The notes under the pieces are model-generated. The model saw only the letters and a program-made list of their open reading frames with translations. It searched no databases and was not told the origin of the DNA. This document shows, in pieces, positions 10,030 to 19,166 of a stretch of 63,947 nt of DNA (positions within the stretch are counted from its first letter, which is position 1; every line of letters starts with the position of its first letter). A program made the position numbers and the translations under genes. The stretch is from a virus. Its lineage: Duplodnaviria > Caudoviricetes. The stretch covers positions 1 to 63,947 of the IMG/VR virus record IMGVR_UViG_3300045932_000268. One strand, 5' to 3'.

Positions 10030-10167
10030 TTACGCTCTCGTCTTGCCCCGGCCCCGCGCTTTGCCGCCACGCCGTTTCGGGAGCACCGGCACGGGCTTCT
10101 GTTCGAACGCCCGGCGGTGCGGACTCTTCCCGGCGGGATCGGCTGCCGCAAATTTCCGCGTCTTCAT
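10030..10167 (-). CDS. Small basic peptide (45 aa)
   Basis: MKTRKF...KRRGGKARGRGKTRA with a GGAGGAG SD; fills the intergenic gap exactly. Confidence 0.55.
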   Translation of the reverse strand: MKTRKFAAADPAGKSPHRRAFEQKPVPVLPKRRGGKARGRGKTRA

Positions 10168-10859
10168 CACTCCTCCTCCTGCGGCGTGGCCGCCATGACC
10201 GCCGCCGCCGCTTCCAGTTGCGCCACCGCCGCCTCGAGTGGCGGAATCCGGGGATCGAGCGGCACGGCATCGCCAATGGTGTAGGGCGTCAGAATGCCTC
10301 CGCCGGCAAACTGCACATCGACCGGCACCGGCACCAGATAGACACTGAAGTAGCCGTTCTCGTCGGCGAGGAACGGATTGAGATGGGGTGTCGAGGCTTG
10401 GTCCGCGAAGAGCTCGACCAGCGCGGTCGTGCCCGATTCGAGCACGGTGACGGTCGCGCCCGGGGCCAGCCCGAGCGGCGCGTTGGTCAGATTCGGCGTC
10501 AGGGGCCGGACGTAGGCGTAGCCGTAGTAGTGGATGTAGCCGACCACCGGACGCAGGATCACCCCCGGCATGCCCATCTGGAACGTCAGCGCCGGTGAGA
10601 TCTCGCCGCCCGGATTCTGCACCTTCACGCTGTACGTGCCGGGCGTCGCCACCAGCGGCTGCGTCGTCAGTACGCGCACCACGTCCGGGGTCACGCTGAG
10701 GATGTCGGCGTCGTGCAGGATGACCTCTTCGTTCGAGGGGATCGTCCACAGCACCCAGGCCCCCGGCTCGAAGTCGGACCCGAAGAGCGCGAAGGTCCAC
10801 GTCGGCGGGGACAGCGTGACGTTGACGAGCATGAGGCTCGACACAAGGGGCGTGGCCAT
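10167..10859 (-). CDS. Virion accessory protein: Ig/TIG-like domain, head-binding-like beta domain and short coiled coil
   Basis: GSDFEPGA...GTYSVKVQNPGG (TIG-like); PGATVTV...NPFLADENGYFSVY; DPRIPPLEAAVAQLE. Confidence 0.6.
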   Translation of the reverse strand: MATPLVSSLMLVNVTLSPPTWTFALFGSDFEPGAWVLWTIPSNEEVILHDADILSVTPDVVRVLTTQPLVATPGTYSVKVQNPGGEISPALTFQMGMPGVILRPVVGYIHYYGYAYVRPLTPNLTNAPLGLAPGATVTVLESGTTALVELFADQASTPHLNPFLADENGYFSVYLVPVPVDVQFAGGGILTPYTIGDAVPLDPRIPPLEAAVAQLEAAAAVMAATPQEEE

Positions 10860-11162
10860 TTACGCGCCCTCCGCCGCGAGGAACAGCGCTGACACCCGCT
10901 GCTCGAGATCTGCGACGCGCGGATCGAGCACGAGCACGTCGGACAGCGTGTAGGTGCGGCCGTCGGCCTCCCGCACGACGAGATCGATCGCGGCGGGCAC
11001 CACATACAGGCTGTAATAGCCGTCGCGGTCGGCGACGAAGGGATTGCCGAGGGGTTGGCTGCTGTCGATTTTGACGCCCAGCATCTGGTGCTCAGGCTGC
11101 TGGTGCAGCCGGATGTCCAGCCGGGCACCGGGTGTCACCCCCAGCACCTCAGGAGTCGGCAT
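10860..11162 (-). CDS. Virion accessory protein, N-terminally truncated paralog of the 10167-10859 C-terminal domain
   Basis: LGVTPGA...NPFVADRDGYYSLY...DPRVADLE aligns by eye with the neighbour; own GGAGGTG SD. Confidence 0.7.
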   Translation of the reverse strand: MPTPEVLGVTPGARLDIRLHQQPEHQMLGVKIDSSQPLGNPFVADRDGYYSLYVVPAAIDLVVREADGRTYTLSDVLVLDPRVADLEQRVSALFLAAEGA

Positions 11163-12438
11163 CGGTCACCTCCACCTCGTCTGCGGGTCGTCGGACAGCA
11201 TACCCGTAATAGTGGATCTTGGGGCCAGAAACCGGGCGCCGGATGTCGATCGGCTCGATCGGCACCGCCAGCGGCGCCACGAGGATCTCCAGCGGGATCT
11301 GCGACAGGCGGACTTCGGGAATGAGCCGACGGATGATCTCGATCAGCACCTGGCTGACGCTGGCCACGCCCGGGTGCCCGCGCTTGTCGCGGGCCAGTTC
11401 GATGACGGCCTGCGTCGTGTCAATGGCGGAGTCGAGTTGCTGATGGGCGATCTCGAGCGGGGCCTGCGTAACAGTGAGGACGGAGGCCTGACGAGCGGCC
11501 AGCTCCAGGGACAGTTGCGTAGCCGAGACATCCTCCGAGGGGAGCGTCTCGCGGAGCACTTCGAGCGGAAGTTGCGAGAGCCGCGCGTCGACCGGTCCGA
11601 CCGGAACGAGGAGGAGCACTTCGATGGGGAGTTGCGAGAGCTGTGCGAGGATCGGGGCGGCACTGGACGAGTGCAGCACCTCGAGCGGCGCTTGCGACAC
11701 CCGCAGCGCAACTGGCTGGTCGGAGAGGACGAGCACCTCGAGCGGCGCTTGCGAGAGCTGTGCGGTGGTGACGACCGCCGTCGTGGCGAACGCCGCGAGC
11801 ACGGCCGACCACGGCCCACTCACGCTGTTCGTCCAGCTACCGCTGGTCGTCGTGCCGGAGGCGGACGTCAGGATTCGGCGGTCGGCTTCACCCGCGATCC
11901 GATCGTAGGGCAGTTCCTCGAACACCTCCGTCCAGGGGGGACTGACCGCAGCCACCGTGATCGCGGACTGTGCTGCCGACACGGCGTGCTGCACGACGAC
12001 GAAGACCTCGCTGGCGGTGAGCGCCGCCGTGCTGCCGGTCGCTGGGGCGGCGGAACTCCCGGTCGCGGACACGGTTGTGTCCGTCGCCAACGACCCGCCG
12101 CCGAGACCGCCGACCTCGATCGCCGCCCCGACCCAGAAGGGACCGCCGGTCAGCGACGAGATGGTGATCGTGAAGGTGCCCGCACTGGTAGCGACGAGCG
12201 GGCAGAGAAAGATGACGGCCTCGTTGACGCCACTCGTGTTGCTCGCGCGCACGACCTGGGCGTAGGCGGCATGGCCCTGGTTGTCGGTGCAGGTGAGCGA
12301 GCTTTCGAACGCGCCCCACTTGTTGATACAGACGAGGAGGGCATTGCCGATGGTGGGCAGGGTCGCGAAGGTGATCGTGAAGGTGCCGCTTTGGTTGCTG
12401 GTGTGCTTCGCGGTGGTCTGGACGTGGGTGAGCGCCAT
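11149..12438 (-). CDS. Fibre-like virion protein with about 9 SQxPxE repeats
   Basis: Ser/Thr/Ala-rich beta N-domain, repeat shaft, C-terminal IHYYGYAVRRP. Confidence 0.65.
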   Translation of the reverse strand: MALTHVQTTAKHTSNQSGTFTITFATLPTIGNALLVCINKWGAFESSLTCTDNQGHAAYAQVVRASNTSGVNEAVIFLCPLVATSAGTFTITISSLTGGPFWVGAAIEVGGLGGGSLATDTTVSATGSSAAPATGSTAALTASEVFVVVQHAVSAAQSAITVAAVSPPWTEVFEELPYDRIAGEADRRILTSASGTTTSGSWTNSVSGPWSAVLAAFATTAVVTTAQLSQAPLEVLVLSDQPVALRVSQAPLEVLHSSSAAPILAQLSQLPIEVLLLVPVGPVDARLSQLPLEVLRETLPSEDVSATQLSLELAARQASVLTVTQAPLEIAHQQLDSAIDTTQAVIELARDKRGHPGVASVSQVLIEIIRRLIPEVRLSQIPLEILVAPLAVPIEPIDIRRPVSGPKIHYYGYAVRRPADEVEVTDADS

Positions 12439-12460
12439 CGCCGAATCCGACCCCGCCCGA

Positions 12461-13501
12461 TCAGGCGGTGACTTTCATCCCCGCTTCGAGCGCCGCGAGA
12501 TCGGCCGCCGTCCAAGCCACGCCGGTCGCCGGGTTGACCGCCCGCACCTCGGAGAAGTACCCGAAGGTCGTGCTGGGCGCGACGTTCGCCCCGTCGTAGT
12601 CGGTGCCACTGGCGCGCACGACCGCGCAGACCTGGCGGGTGGCGGCGTCCGACTTGGCGACGTAAAGGTTGGTCTGGATGCCGAGGATCGCGCCAGTGAG
12701 CGAGAGGGACGGGTAGTGGTAGGTGTCCTTGGCGCCGACGGTCGCCGAGCTGTTGTAGTCGGTGATATTCGGCGGGTTCTCATCGACCAGCGCGCCGTGG
12801 TCGGTGCCGGTCGAGGGCGTCAGGCCGAGGTTGGTGCCGTTGCCGGTCTGCGGCAGCAGCGTCTCCACTTTCACCGGACCGAGGAAGTCGTTGTTGGTCG
12901 AGCCGGAGGTATCGCAGACGTAGACGTCGTCAACTGCGGACTCGCCGCCACTCCCGCCCAGCAGGATTCGATCCCATTGCCCGGTCGCCCCCGCGTTGTT
13001 GGTATCCACCCCGCTGGCCGTGAGGCCGGGGACGGCGACGCCATCGACCCGCACCTCGTAGGTGCCGGTCGTGTCGTGAATCACGGTCTTCAGCTCCACG
13101 TATTGCCAGCTCGCGGTCACGATGGCCGGGCTGCTGCTGGTGGCGAGCGTCGTGGCCCCGCGCTTGACGATGAGGGTGCCGCCGCTCCCCACACTCAGCT
13201 CGATGTGGACGGTGGTCCCTTCGCGCACCTGGAAGAGCACGGCGCCGATCTGGATCGTGGTCGTGCGGAACGCCGCGCCTACGATGGCGCCTCCGGAGGC
13301 GGGCAGCACCTTGGTGATGGCGTGGTTCCCGCTGGAACTGCCCCCATTGACGAACCGGACCGCGCCGACGCCGGTCCGCGTAAACCAGGGATTGAGGAAC
13401 AGGGAGTTGGTGGTCTCGTACTTCGTGGCCAGCGCCGCGGAGTCGTTCGGCCCCTCGCGCGGCCCGCAGTGATCGAAGCCGTCCATGAAGCGCAGCGCCA
13501 T
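12461..13501 (-). CDS. Virion protein, concanavalin/LamG-like (paralog A)
   Basis: MALRFMDGFD; WQYVELK...YEVRVDG...VDDVYV pattern. Confidence 0.6.
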   Translation of the reverse strand: MALRFMDGFDHCGPREGPNDSAALATKYETTNSLFLNPWFTRTGVGAVRFVNGGSSSGNHAITKVLPASGGAIVGAAFRTTTIQIGAVLFQVREGTTVHIELSVGSGGTLIVKRGATTLATSSSPAIVTASWQYVELKTVIHDTTGTYEVRVDGVAVPGLTASGVDTNNAGATGQWDRILLGGSGGESAVDDVYVCDTSGSTNNDFLGPVKVETLLPQTGNGTNLGLTPSTGTDHGALVDENPPNITDYNSSATVGAKDTYHYPSLSLTGAILGIQTNLYVAKSDAATRQVCAVVRASGTDYDGANVAPSTTFGYFSEVRAVNPATGVAWTAADLAALEAGMKVTA

Positions 13502-14530
13502 CTACGCATCCCTCCTGACACCCGCCTGCAGCGCGTTGACGTTGGCATCGGTGAGCGGGTCGCCGTTCGGCATGGTCACGAAGCAGTCGCGGTTGCGGTA
13601 GAAGTAAGTCGAGGCGAGCGAGCGCGTGACGAGCGGCGTCGTCGTGCCGGCATGGCGCAGGAGCGGCGTCAGGGTGGCGTAGCCTTCCTCCGTGCGGCGG
13701 GCGTCGATCAAGAGCTGGGCGCCGATGATGCCGTTGTTCGTGTTGAGGTCTTCCATCTCGTAGAGGTCGGAGAGGCCCGCGGTCGCGGCGGTCACCTTCG
13801 TGGCCTCGTCATCGGGCGTCTGGTCGTTGACCGCGTCCCAGTTGGCCGCCGCGCCCGCCGGCGTCCACTGAGTGACCGCGCCGACGCCGTTCGGTCGAAT
13901 CACGCTGATCTCGACGTCCCCGAGCGGGGCGTTCCACGGTGCCGGGCCGGAGCCATCCAGGATGTAGACGTCATCGATCCCCGCCGCATTGGTCGCGCCG
14001 CCGATGACGACCTGCGTCCAGCCGTAGGGCGAGAGCCCATAGGGCGAGGCGGGGGTGGTTCCCAAGCCCGTCGGGATGTCGAGGACGAGCAGCCCATCGA
14101 TCCAGGCTCGCGCGCTGAGGACGGCGACACTGGCGGGCGGCACGGGCGCGACGAGGGTCTCGACTTCGAGATACACCCACTGACTGGTGTGCAGCGTGTC
14201 CACGGCGGAGAGATGCCCGACGCCATCCGGTCCAGTGATCCGGAGTCGGCCGGCGCCGATCGCGTCCACACCGTAATAGGTGCCGTGGATGTCGCCGAGC
14301 GCCAGGCCGGTGGCGCCGCCGAAGCCGCTGAAGTTGATCGCCATCCCGACGACGGCGGTGGAACTCGCGATATTCGGGAGTCCGATCACCCCGGTGCCGT
14401 TCATTCCGTTGCCGTGGCGGCCATAGAGACTGTGGATCGACAGGGCGTGGGTGGTGGTGTACTTCCGGTCGGCGCCCCCGAAGACCGCCGTGTCGTAGTG
14501 ATCGAAGCTGTCGAGGAAGAGCAGCGCCAT
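13502..14530 (-). CDS. Virion protein, concanavalin/LamG-like (paralog B)
   Basis: MALLFLDSFD; WVYLEVE...IDDVYI; C-terminus NALQAGV resembles AALEAGM of paralog A. Confidence 0.6.
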   Translation of the reverse strand: MALLFLDSFDHYDTAVFGGADRKYTTTHALSIHSLYGRHGNGMNGTGVIGLPNIASSTAVVGMAINFSGFGGATGLALGDIHGTYYGVDAIGAGRLRITGPDGVGHLSAVDTLHTSQWVYLEVETLVAPVPPASVAVLSARAWIDGLLVLDIPTGLGTTPASPYGLSPYGWTQVVIGGATNAAGIDDVYILDGSGPAPWNAPLGDVEISVIRPNGVGAVTQWTPAGAAANWDAVNDQTPDDEATKVTAATAGLSDLYEMEDLNTNNGIIGAQLLIDARRTEEGYATLTPLLRHAGTTTPLVTRSLASTYFYRNRDCFVTMPNGDPLTDANVNALQAGVRRDA

Positions 14531-14537
14531 CAGATCC

Positions 14538-14702
14538 TCACGTCGTGGTCGGCCGCACCGCGTAGCCATAGTGGTGGAGCGTGGTGCCCCACGCGCGCAC
14601 CGGCGCGGGAGCAGGCGCGGGAGCGTCCCGTGAGGCAGGCGGTGGGTCAGGTGCCTCCTTTGGGGGCGGTACCGCCGGAGGCGAGGAGAGCGCGTCCGTC
14701 AT
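14538..14702 (-). CDS. 54-aa Pro-rich peptide ending in LHHYGYAVRP (not in the ORF track)
   Basis: Translated by hand: MTDALSSPPAVPPPKEAPDPPPASRDAPAPAPAPVRAWGTTLHHYGYAVRPTTT*; fills the gap between flanking genes. Confidence 0.6.
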   Translation of the reverse strand: MTDALSSPPAVPPPKEAPDPPPASRDAPAPAPAPVRAWGTTLHHYGYAVRPTTT

Positions 14703-14706
14703 CCGC

Positions 14707-14928
14707 TTACGCTTTCTCCGCCTTGGCCGGCGTCGGCTCCATGCTCGGCCCCTCCGGCATGGTGCCTTTGATCGACTCGTCAGTGAATTTGAGCGGCAGG
14801 CCGCCGTCCACGCCGGCCGGGCCGACGTTCGGATGCTTGGTGTAGGACCCGGGCGCCTCGGTATATGAGGTCACGGTCTTGAACGGGGTCAAGGGCGACT
14901 CAATGCGCCCTTTGCCTTTGTCTGGCAT
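14707..14928 (-). CDS. Small hypothetical protein
   Basis: MPDKGKGRIE... preceded by a GGAGGT SD. Confidence 0.65.
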   Translation of the reverse strand: MPDKGKGRIESPLTPFKTVTSYTEAPGSYTKHPNVGPAGVDGGLPLKFTDESIKGTMPEGPSMEPTPAKAEKA

Positions 14929-14930
14929 GA

Positions 14931-15938
14931 CTACCTCCACCAGTAGTATTCCGATCCCATGCTGTGACTTTGGAGAAATTTCGAATCGACCGGCCCGAAC
15001 GCCGGCCAGAGCCGTTTCGGTCCGACCATGCTCTGCAGATAGACGTTATCGTCCTGGAGCTTCGCCGCTTGCAGGTCCAACAAATAGTCGCCGCGCGCCT
15101 CGCGAATCAGATACTGCCAGTTGGTGCGCTGGAGCGCCGGGAACCGCCCCGCATTCGCCGCCGCCCATGGATACGCCGAGCGGTAGAGCGCCCGGTTGAG
15201 CAGCAGCCCATCGGGCAGCATCTGCGGCAGCGCCTGCGTCCCCTGCGTGAAGGGCAGGCCCTGCCGCTTGTAGAGACAGATGAAGGTCTGCCCGCCGGTC
15301 GGGTGCGGCCAGAATTCATAGCGCGGCACCCCGGTCACCGTCGGCGCGTAGTCCGCGATGTAGTACGCGAGATCGCCGGCCGCCCGTTGCGGGTCGCGCA
15401 CATCGAGCCACGCCTTGCTCCGGTCCAGCTTCAGCTCAATGCCGTTGATGGGATCGAGCACCGAGAGCCACCGGTTGAAGTCGAATTCCCCCGGCAGCGT
15501 GTTGACGAGCGCCTCCGCCGGCGGCAGGAAGTAGCACTGGAAGAGCCGATACCCGAGGCCGGTCCCGGAGGCCTCCACCACGGGGCGATCGAGGGTGAGC
15601 GGGCCGGTGGGCGTCGTCCAGCCCACGATGTTGTAAATCCCGCCCTCGGCGGCGACCCGAAACTGACGCTGCAGGAGACTCGCCTGGGGCACGGCGGCCC
15701 ACGCCGCGGCCGCCGTCGCATCGGGCACAACGGTGGGTGATCCCTGCGTGAGCGTGACCGTGCCCGCCGTGATCAGCGGCGGCGCCGTGACGGTGCCCTC
15801 GGCGACGAGGAAGGACCAGGTGCGTTTGTCGAGCAGGTCGCGCCAGGCGCGCGAGAGATCCCGCCGCGCCTTGAGCGCCGAGTAATCGGGGATCAGCCCG
15901 GTGATCTCGCTGACCAGTTCGTGGACGGTGAGCGGCAC
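14931..15938 (-). CDS. Head-tail adaptor / tubular protein A-like
   Basis: N-terminal helices, WSFL motif, FWPHP motif, C-terminal helix; located after the capsid genes. Confidence 0.6.
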   Translation of the reverse strand: MPLTVHELVSEITGLIPDYSALKARRDLSRAWRDLLDKRTWSFLVAEGTVTAPPLITAGTVTLTQGSPTVVPDATAAAAWAAVPQASLLQRQFRVAAEGGIYNIVGWTTPTGPLTLDRPVVEASGTGLGYRLFQCYFLPPAEALVNTLPGEFDFNRWLSVLDPINGIELKLDRSKAWLDVRDPQRAAGDLAYYIADYAPTVTGVPRYEFWPHPTGGQTFICLYKRQGLPFTQGTQALPQMLPDGLLLNRALYRSAYPWAAANAGRFPALQRTNWQYLIREARGDYLLDLQAAKLQDDNVYLQSMVGPKRLWPAFGPVDSKFLQSHSMGSEYYWWR

Positions 15939-15944
15939 ACGCCC

Positions 15945-16289
15945 TTACTCCCCCAGCGCCAGCACACTGACCGTCGAGGCCGACAGGTCCGCGGAGGCGG
16001 CGGCTTCGGCGCCGGTCGCCACCACGATCCACTTCAGTTGCACGCTGGTGGCGGGGCCAACCGAGGAGAGCGTCGCCACGACGGAATGCGTCCCGTTGCT
16101 GCCCCCGTTCACGTAGTCGAGATACTTGAGGCCGAACGCGGCGGCCGACACCATCTGCCCCCCGGTCGTCGGATTCGACACCTGCGTGTAGGAGGCGGGG
16201 CCGCTGATCCCGTTCGGGGCCATGGCCACGCGCTTGCCCCCGACGCTGATCGGGTAGCCGACGAAATTCTGCACACCGGGATACGCCAT
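15945..16289 (-). CDS. Putative capsid decoration protein
   Basis: 114-aa beta-rich protein two genes after the MCP. Confidence 0.45.
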   Translation of the reverse strand: MAYPGVQNFVGYPISVGGKRVAMAPNGISGPASYTQVSNPTTGGQMVSAAAFGLKYLDYVNGGSNGTHSVVATLSSVGPATSVQLKWIVVATGAEAAASADLSASTVSVLALGE

Positions 16290-16319
16290 AACATCTGCTC
16301 CGTCGCCGGGGCGCCCGGC

Positions 16320-17018
16320 TTAGCGGTCCGTCTTGTTCCCCGCGCGGCCCGTCGCCTTCCGCTCCTCGCCCTTGTCCTCCGCCTCGGCCTCCTTCGCCTC
16401 CTTCGCGGTCTTGGCCGCCGTGGCCTCCTTCGCGTCCTTGGCGGCCTTGGCGGCCTTGGCCTTTTCCTTGGCGTCCGCCTCGGCCTCTTGGGCGACCTTG
16501 GCCTTTTCCTTGGCCTGCGCCTCGGCCTCCTGGGCTTCCCCGGCCTTCGCTTGGGCCAGCGCCTCCGCCTCTTGCGCGTCCTGGGCCTTGGCCTCGGCCT
16601 CGTCCTCCGGGGCCTTCATCAGCAGAGGCGTAATCGTGCCCGTCGGCGGCAGACTCGACGTCTGGATGAGCGTGTAGTTGCCCGGGGTCACGCTGGGCGT
16701 CAGGTTGGTGCCCGCGGCCGTCCCGGCGCCGGTCGTCACCTGATACAGGTGCCGCGACACGCTCGCGTCCCAGTTGAGCGTGGCCCCCGCCGCCGGGGAG
16801 CTCGCCCCCGGCGCGAGGCGCACGTACATGAACTTGCCCGGCCCGACTGGCGTCGAGGGCGTCTTGAGCTTGATCATCTGCTGGGTGAGTTCGACTTCCA
16901 TGCCGAGCTGCCCGGCGAATTTCGACAGCCCGGTCGGACTCGCCGTCCCGCCCCCGATGACCGCGTCGTTGACGTCGTCGACATAGCCGCTGGCAATGCG
17001 CAGAATCTGTGAGAGCAT
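16320..17018 (-). CDS. Putative capsid cement/decoration protein with Ala/Lys/Glu-rich tail
   Basis: Directly after the MCP; GKFMYVR beta domain followed by EAEAKAK-type repeats. Confidence 0.5.
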   Translation of the reverse strand: MLSQILRIASGYVDDVNDAVIGGGTASPTGLSKFAGQLGMEVELTQQMIKLKTPSTPVGPGKFMYVRLAPGASSPAAGATLNWDASVSRHLYQVTTGAGTAAGTNLTPSVTPGNYTLIQTSSLPPTGTITPLLMKAPEDEAEAKAQDAQEAEALAQAKAGEAQEAEAQAKEKAKVAQEAEADAKEKAKAAKAAKDAKEATAAKTAKEAKEAEAEDKGEERKATGRAGNKTDR

Positions 17019-17076
17019 GATCGATCCTCAACCTGCGTGGTACATCATCCGTTGCGGTACCAAGTAACTGGTTAGG

Positions 17077-18231
17077 TCAACCCCCGAAACCGTATGCCTG
17101 CACGTTGGTCCGCGGCGAGGTGCACTGCAGTTGCTGCATCGCCTTCACCGTGCCGACGACCCGCGAATTGTCCTGCGCGGGAATGAACCCGCTGAAGCCG
17201 TAGCCGTAGACCGGGTTGTCCGCAATGCGGAAGAGCCAGTCGCTCATCCGGAACATGCCCAGCACTTCCGCCACCGTTACCGTAGTCCCGGAGGGCGGCA
17301 GATTGGACTGCGCCGACGCCGTCCCGCCGTTGGCGGTCGTGCCCGGCGAGGTGAACGTCCCGGTCAGGTAGTTGCCGAGGTCGGGATCGTTGACGCCAAA
17401 CTTCAAGGACGGGAAGTAATCGTCCTTGAGGAACATGGCGTTGTTGATCTTCATCCCGCTGGTGCCCCAGTAGGGATCCCGCTCTTGGGCAAACCGCTGC
17501 TGCGGCTGAATCTTCTCTTTGATGTAGGCGTACAGCGCCTTGTTGCAGGTGATCAGATCCGGCTCCTTGTTGCCGACGCTCGCCGTCTGATAGAGCTCCT
17601 CGACCACCGCGTAGGAGATCGGCGCGGCCGCCCCGGTCGTCGGGTTGCCGCCGAAGTAGGGAATCGAGTTGAGCGTCGAGCCCACGAAGCCGTTGCGCAC
17701 CTGCGTGCCGTAGCTCGTGAAGATCGAGCCGTCCCACCCGGGCGTCTTGCCGTCGTTGAGCGCCTCGGGCCAGCCGTTGAGGCTGTTGGGCCGGGTGCCG
17801 ATGACGCCGCCGCCGGCCGTCTGCCCGTGCCGCGCCAGATCCACCGCCACGATCGCCGTAATGGTGTTCATGGCGTTGGTGAGATCGGTGTTGACGAGCG
17901 AGAAGGCCGCCAGCTCGCCGACGTTCTCGACCAGGATCTGCTCGAGGTACTCGGGCACCGCCACCTCGTAGTACTTCGGATCGAAGAAGGTCGCCGTCAG
18001 CGTCTGCCGCTTGGTGATGTTCCAGGTGGCGCCGGGCGCGTAGGCGCCGCCGATCATCGGCCGCACGATGTGCGTGTTCTGCATGAAGGCGCCGCCGCTG
18101 AAGGGCGCCAGCGACTTCGCGCGCAGATACGCCGCAAACGGCGTGGCCTTGAAGAACTGGTCGAAGATGACGCGCGGCCAGATCTCCTTCAAGGTCGTAA
18201 CGTTAAGCTCATCCAACACGGGATCTGGCAT
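17077..18231 (-). CDS. Major capsid protein
   Basis: 384 aa after the scaffold; PDLITCN...QPQQRF pattern typical of HK97-fold capsids. Confidence 0.8.
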   Translation of the reverse strand: MPDPVLDELNVTTLKEIWPRVIFDQFFKATPFAAYLRAKSLAPFSGGAFMQNTHIVRPMIGGAYAPGATWNITKRQTLTATFFDPKYYEVAVPEYLEQILVENVGELAAFSLVNTDLTNAMNTITAIVAVDLARHGQTAGGGVIGTRPNSLNGWPEALNDGKTPGWDGSIFTSYGTQVRNGFVGSTLNSIPYFGGNPTTGAAAPISYAVVEELYQTASVGNKEPDLITCNKALYAYIKEKIQPQQRFAQERDPYWGTSGMKINNAMFLKDDYFPSLKFGVNDPDLGNYLTGTFTSPGTTANGGTASAQSNLPPSGTTVTVAEVLGMFRMSDWLFRIADNPVYGYGFSGFIPAQDNSRVVGTVKAMQQLQCTSPRTNVQAYGFGG

Positions 18232-18246
18232 GACGCACTCCTCGTC

Positions 18247-19155
18247 TTACGCCGGTTTCGCGTTCAACCGCCGCTGCCGGTAATCGCTGATGGCGGCGAG
18301 CACCCCTTCGGGCACCCCGGCGACATGCGCGGGCGTGTCCTTCGTCAACTGGGCGAGCACCGGGGATTGCACGAACGGGGGCGGCGCGGCGTTGTGCTGC
18401 GTGCCCAGCGCCGCCGCATCCGCCGCTTCCCGCTTGCCCCGTTCGTAGGCGTCGGTCTCGCGGCGCTTGATGTCGGCTTCCTGCAGCTCGCGCTGCTTGT
18501 CGACGACCTTGTATTCCTCCTGCCAGATCTCGCGCAGGGTCAGGTTGCCGTTGCCGGTGCGCTTGACGCGGTCCTGGAGGCGGTCGAGCAGGCCGAGCTG
18601 ATTCGGCAGCGGCGTGCCGAAAATCTTGGCGTGCTCGGTCGCGATGTCGTTGAGTTCGGCACCGCTGCGCAGGGCGTTCCACGCCTGGAGGCCGGCGGTG
18701 GCTAAAATGCGCTGGGCGTCCATCGGCGACTCCACGGGGGCGGGGCCGGCGGCGGGCACGGCGGGTTTGTGCGGCGGCGTGCCCGCCCCCGGCACCTCAA
18801 TGTCTTTGCTCCACGCCTCGGGATCGGCGCCGAAATCGGTGGCCATGCGGCGCAGGCGCTCCCGCGCCGTCGTCACCGCCGCGACGGCCTGCTCGACGCG
18901 GCGGTTGGCGGCCTCGAGCGTGGCGGCATCGCCCCCGCGCACCGAGTCGAGCGTCGCAAACTGGTCGTCGAGGTCCTTGCTCTTGCGCGCGAGGTCGGCC
19001 TTGAGCGGCGTGAGCGCCGCTTCGACCTGCGTGGTCATCAGCCCGGTCAGCTTGTCGCCGACGCCGGGGTTCTTGTCGAAGAGGCCGAAGAGCGTGGCCT
19101 GATCCTCGGGGCTGAGGCCGAGCTCGGCGGCGAATTGCTTGACGTCCAGCGCCAT
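18247..19155 (-). CDS. Capsid scaffolding protein
   Basis: Charged helical protein immediately upstream of the MCP. Confidence 0.6.
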   Translation of the reverse strand: MALDVKQFAAELGLSPEDQATLFGLFDKNPGVGDKLTGLMTTQVEAALTPLKADLARKSKDLDDQFATLDSVRGGDAATLEAANRRVEQAVAAVTTARERLRRMATDFGADPEAWSKDIEVPGAGTPPHKPAVPAAGPAPVESPMDAQRILATAGLQAWNALRSGAELNDIATEHAKIFGTPLPNQLGLLDRLQDRVKRTGNGNLTLREIWQEEYKVVDKQRELQEADIKRRETDAYERGKREAADAAALGTQHNAAPPPFVQSPVLAQLTKDTPAHVAGVPEGVLAAISDYRQRRLNAKPA

Positions 19156-19166
19156 CCGTCACTCCG

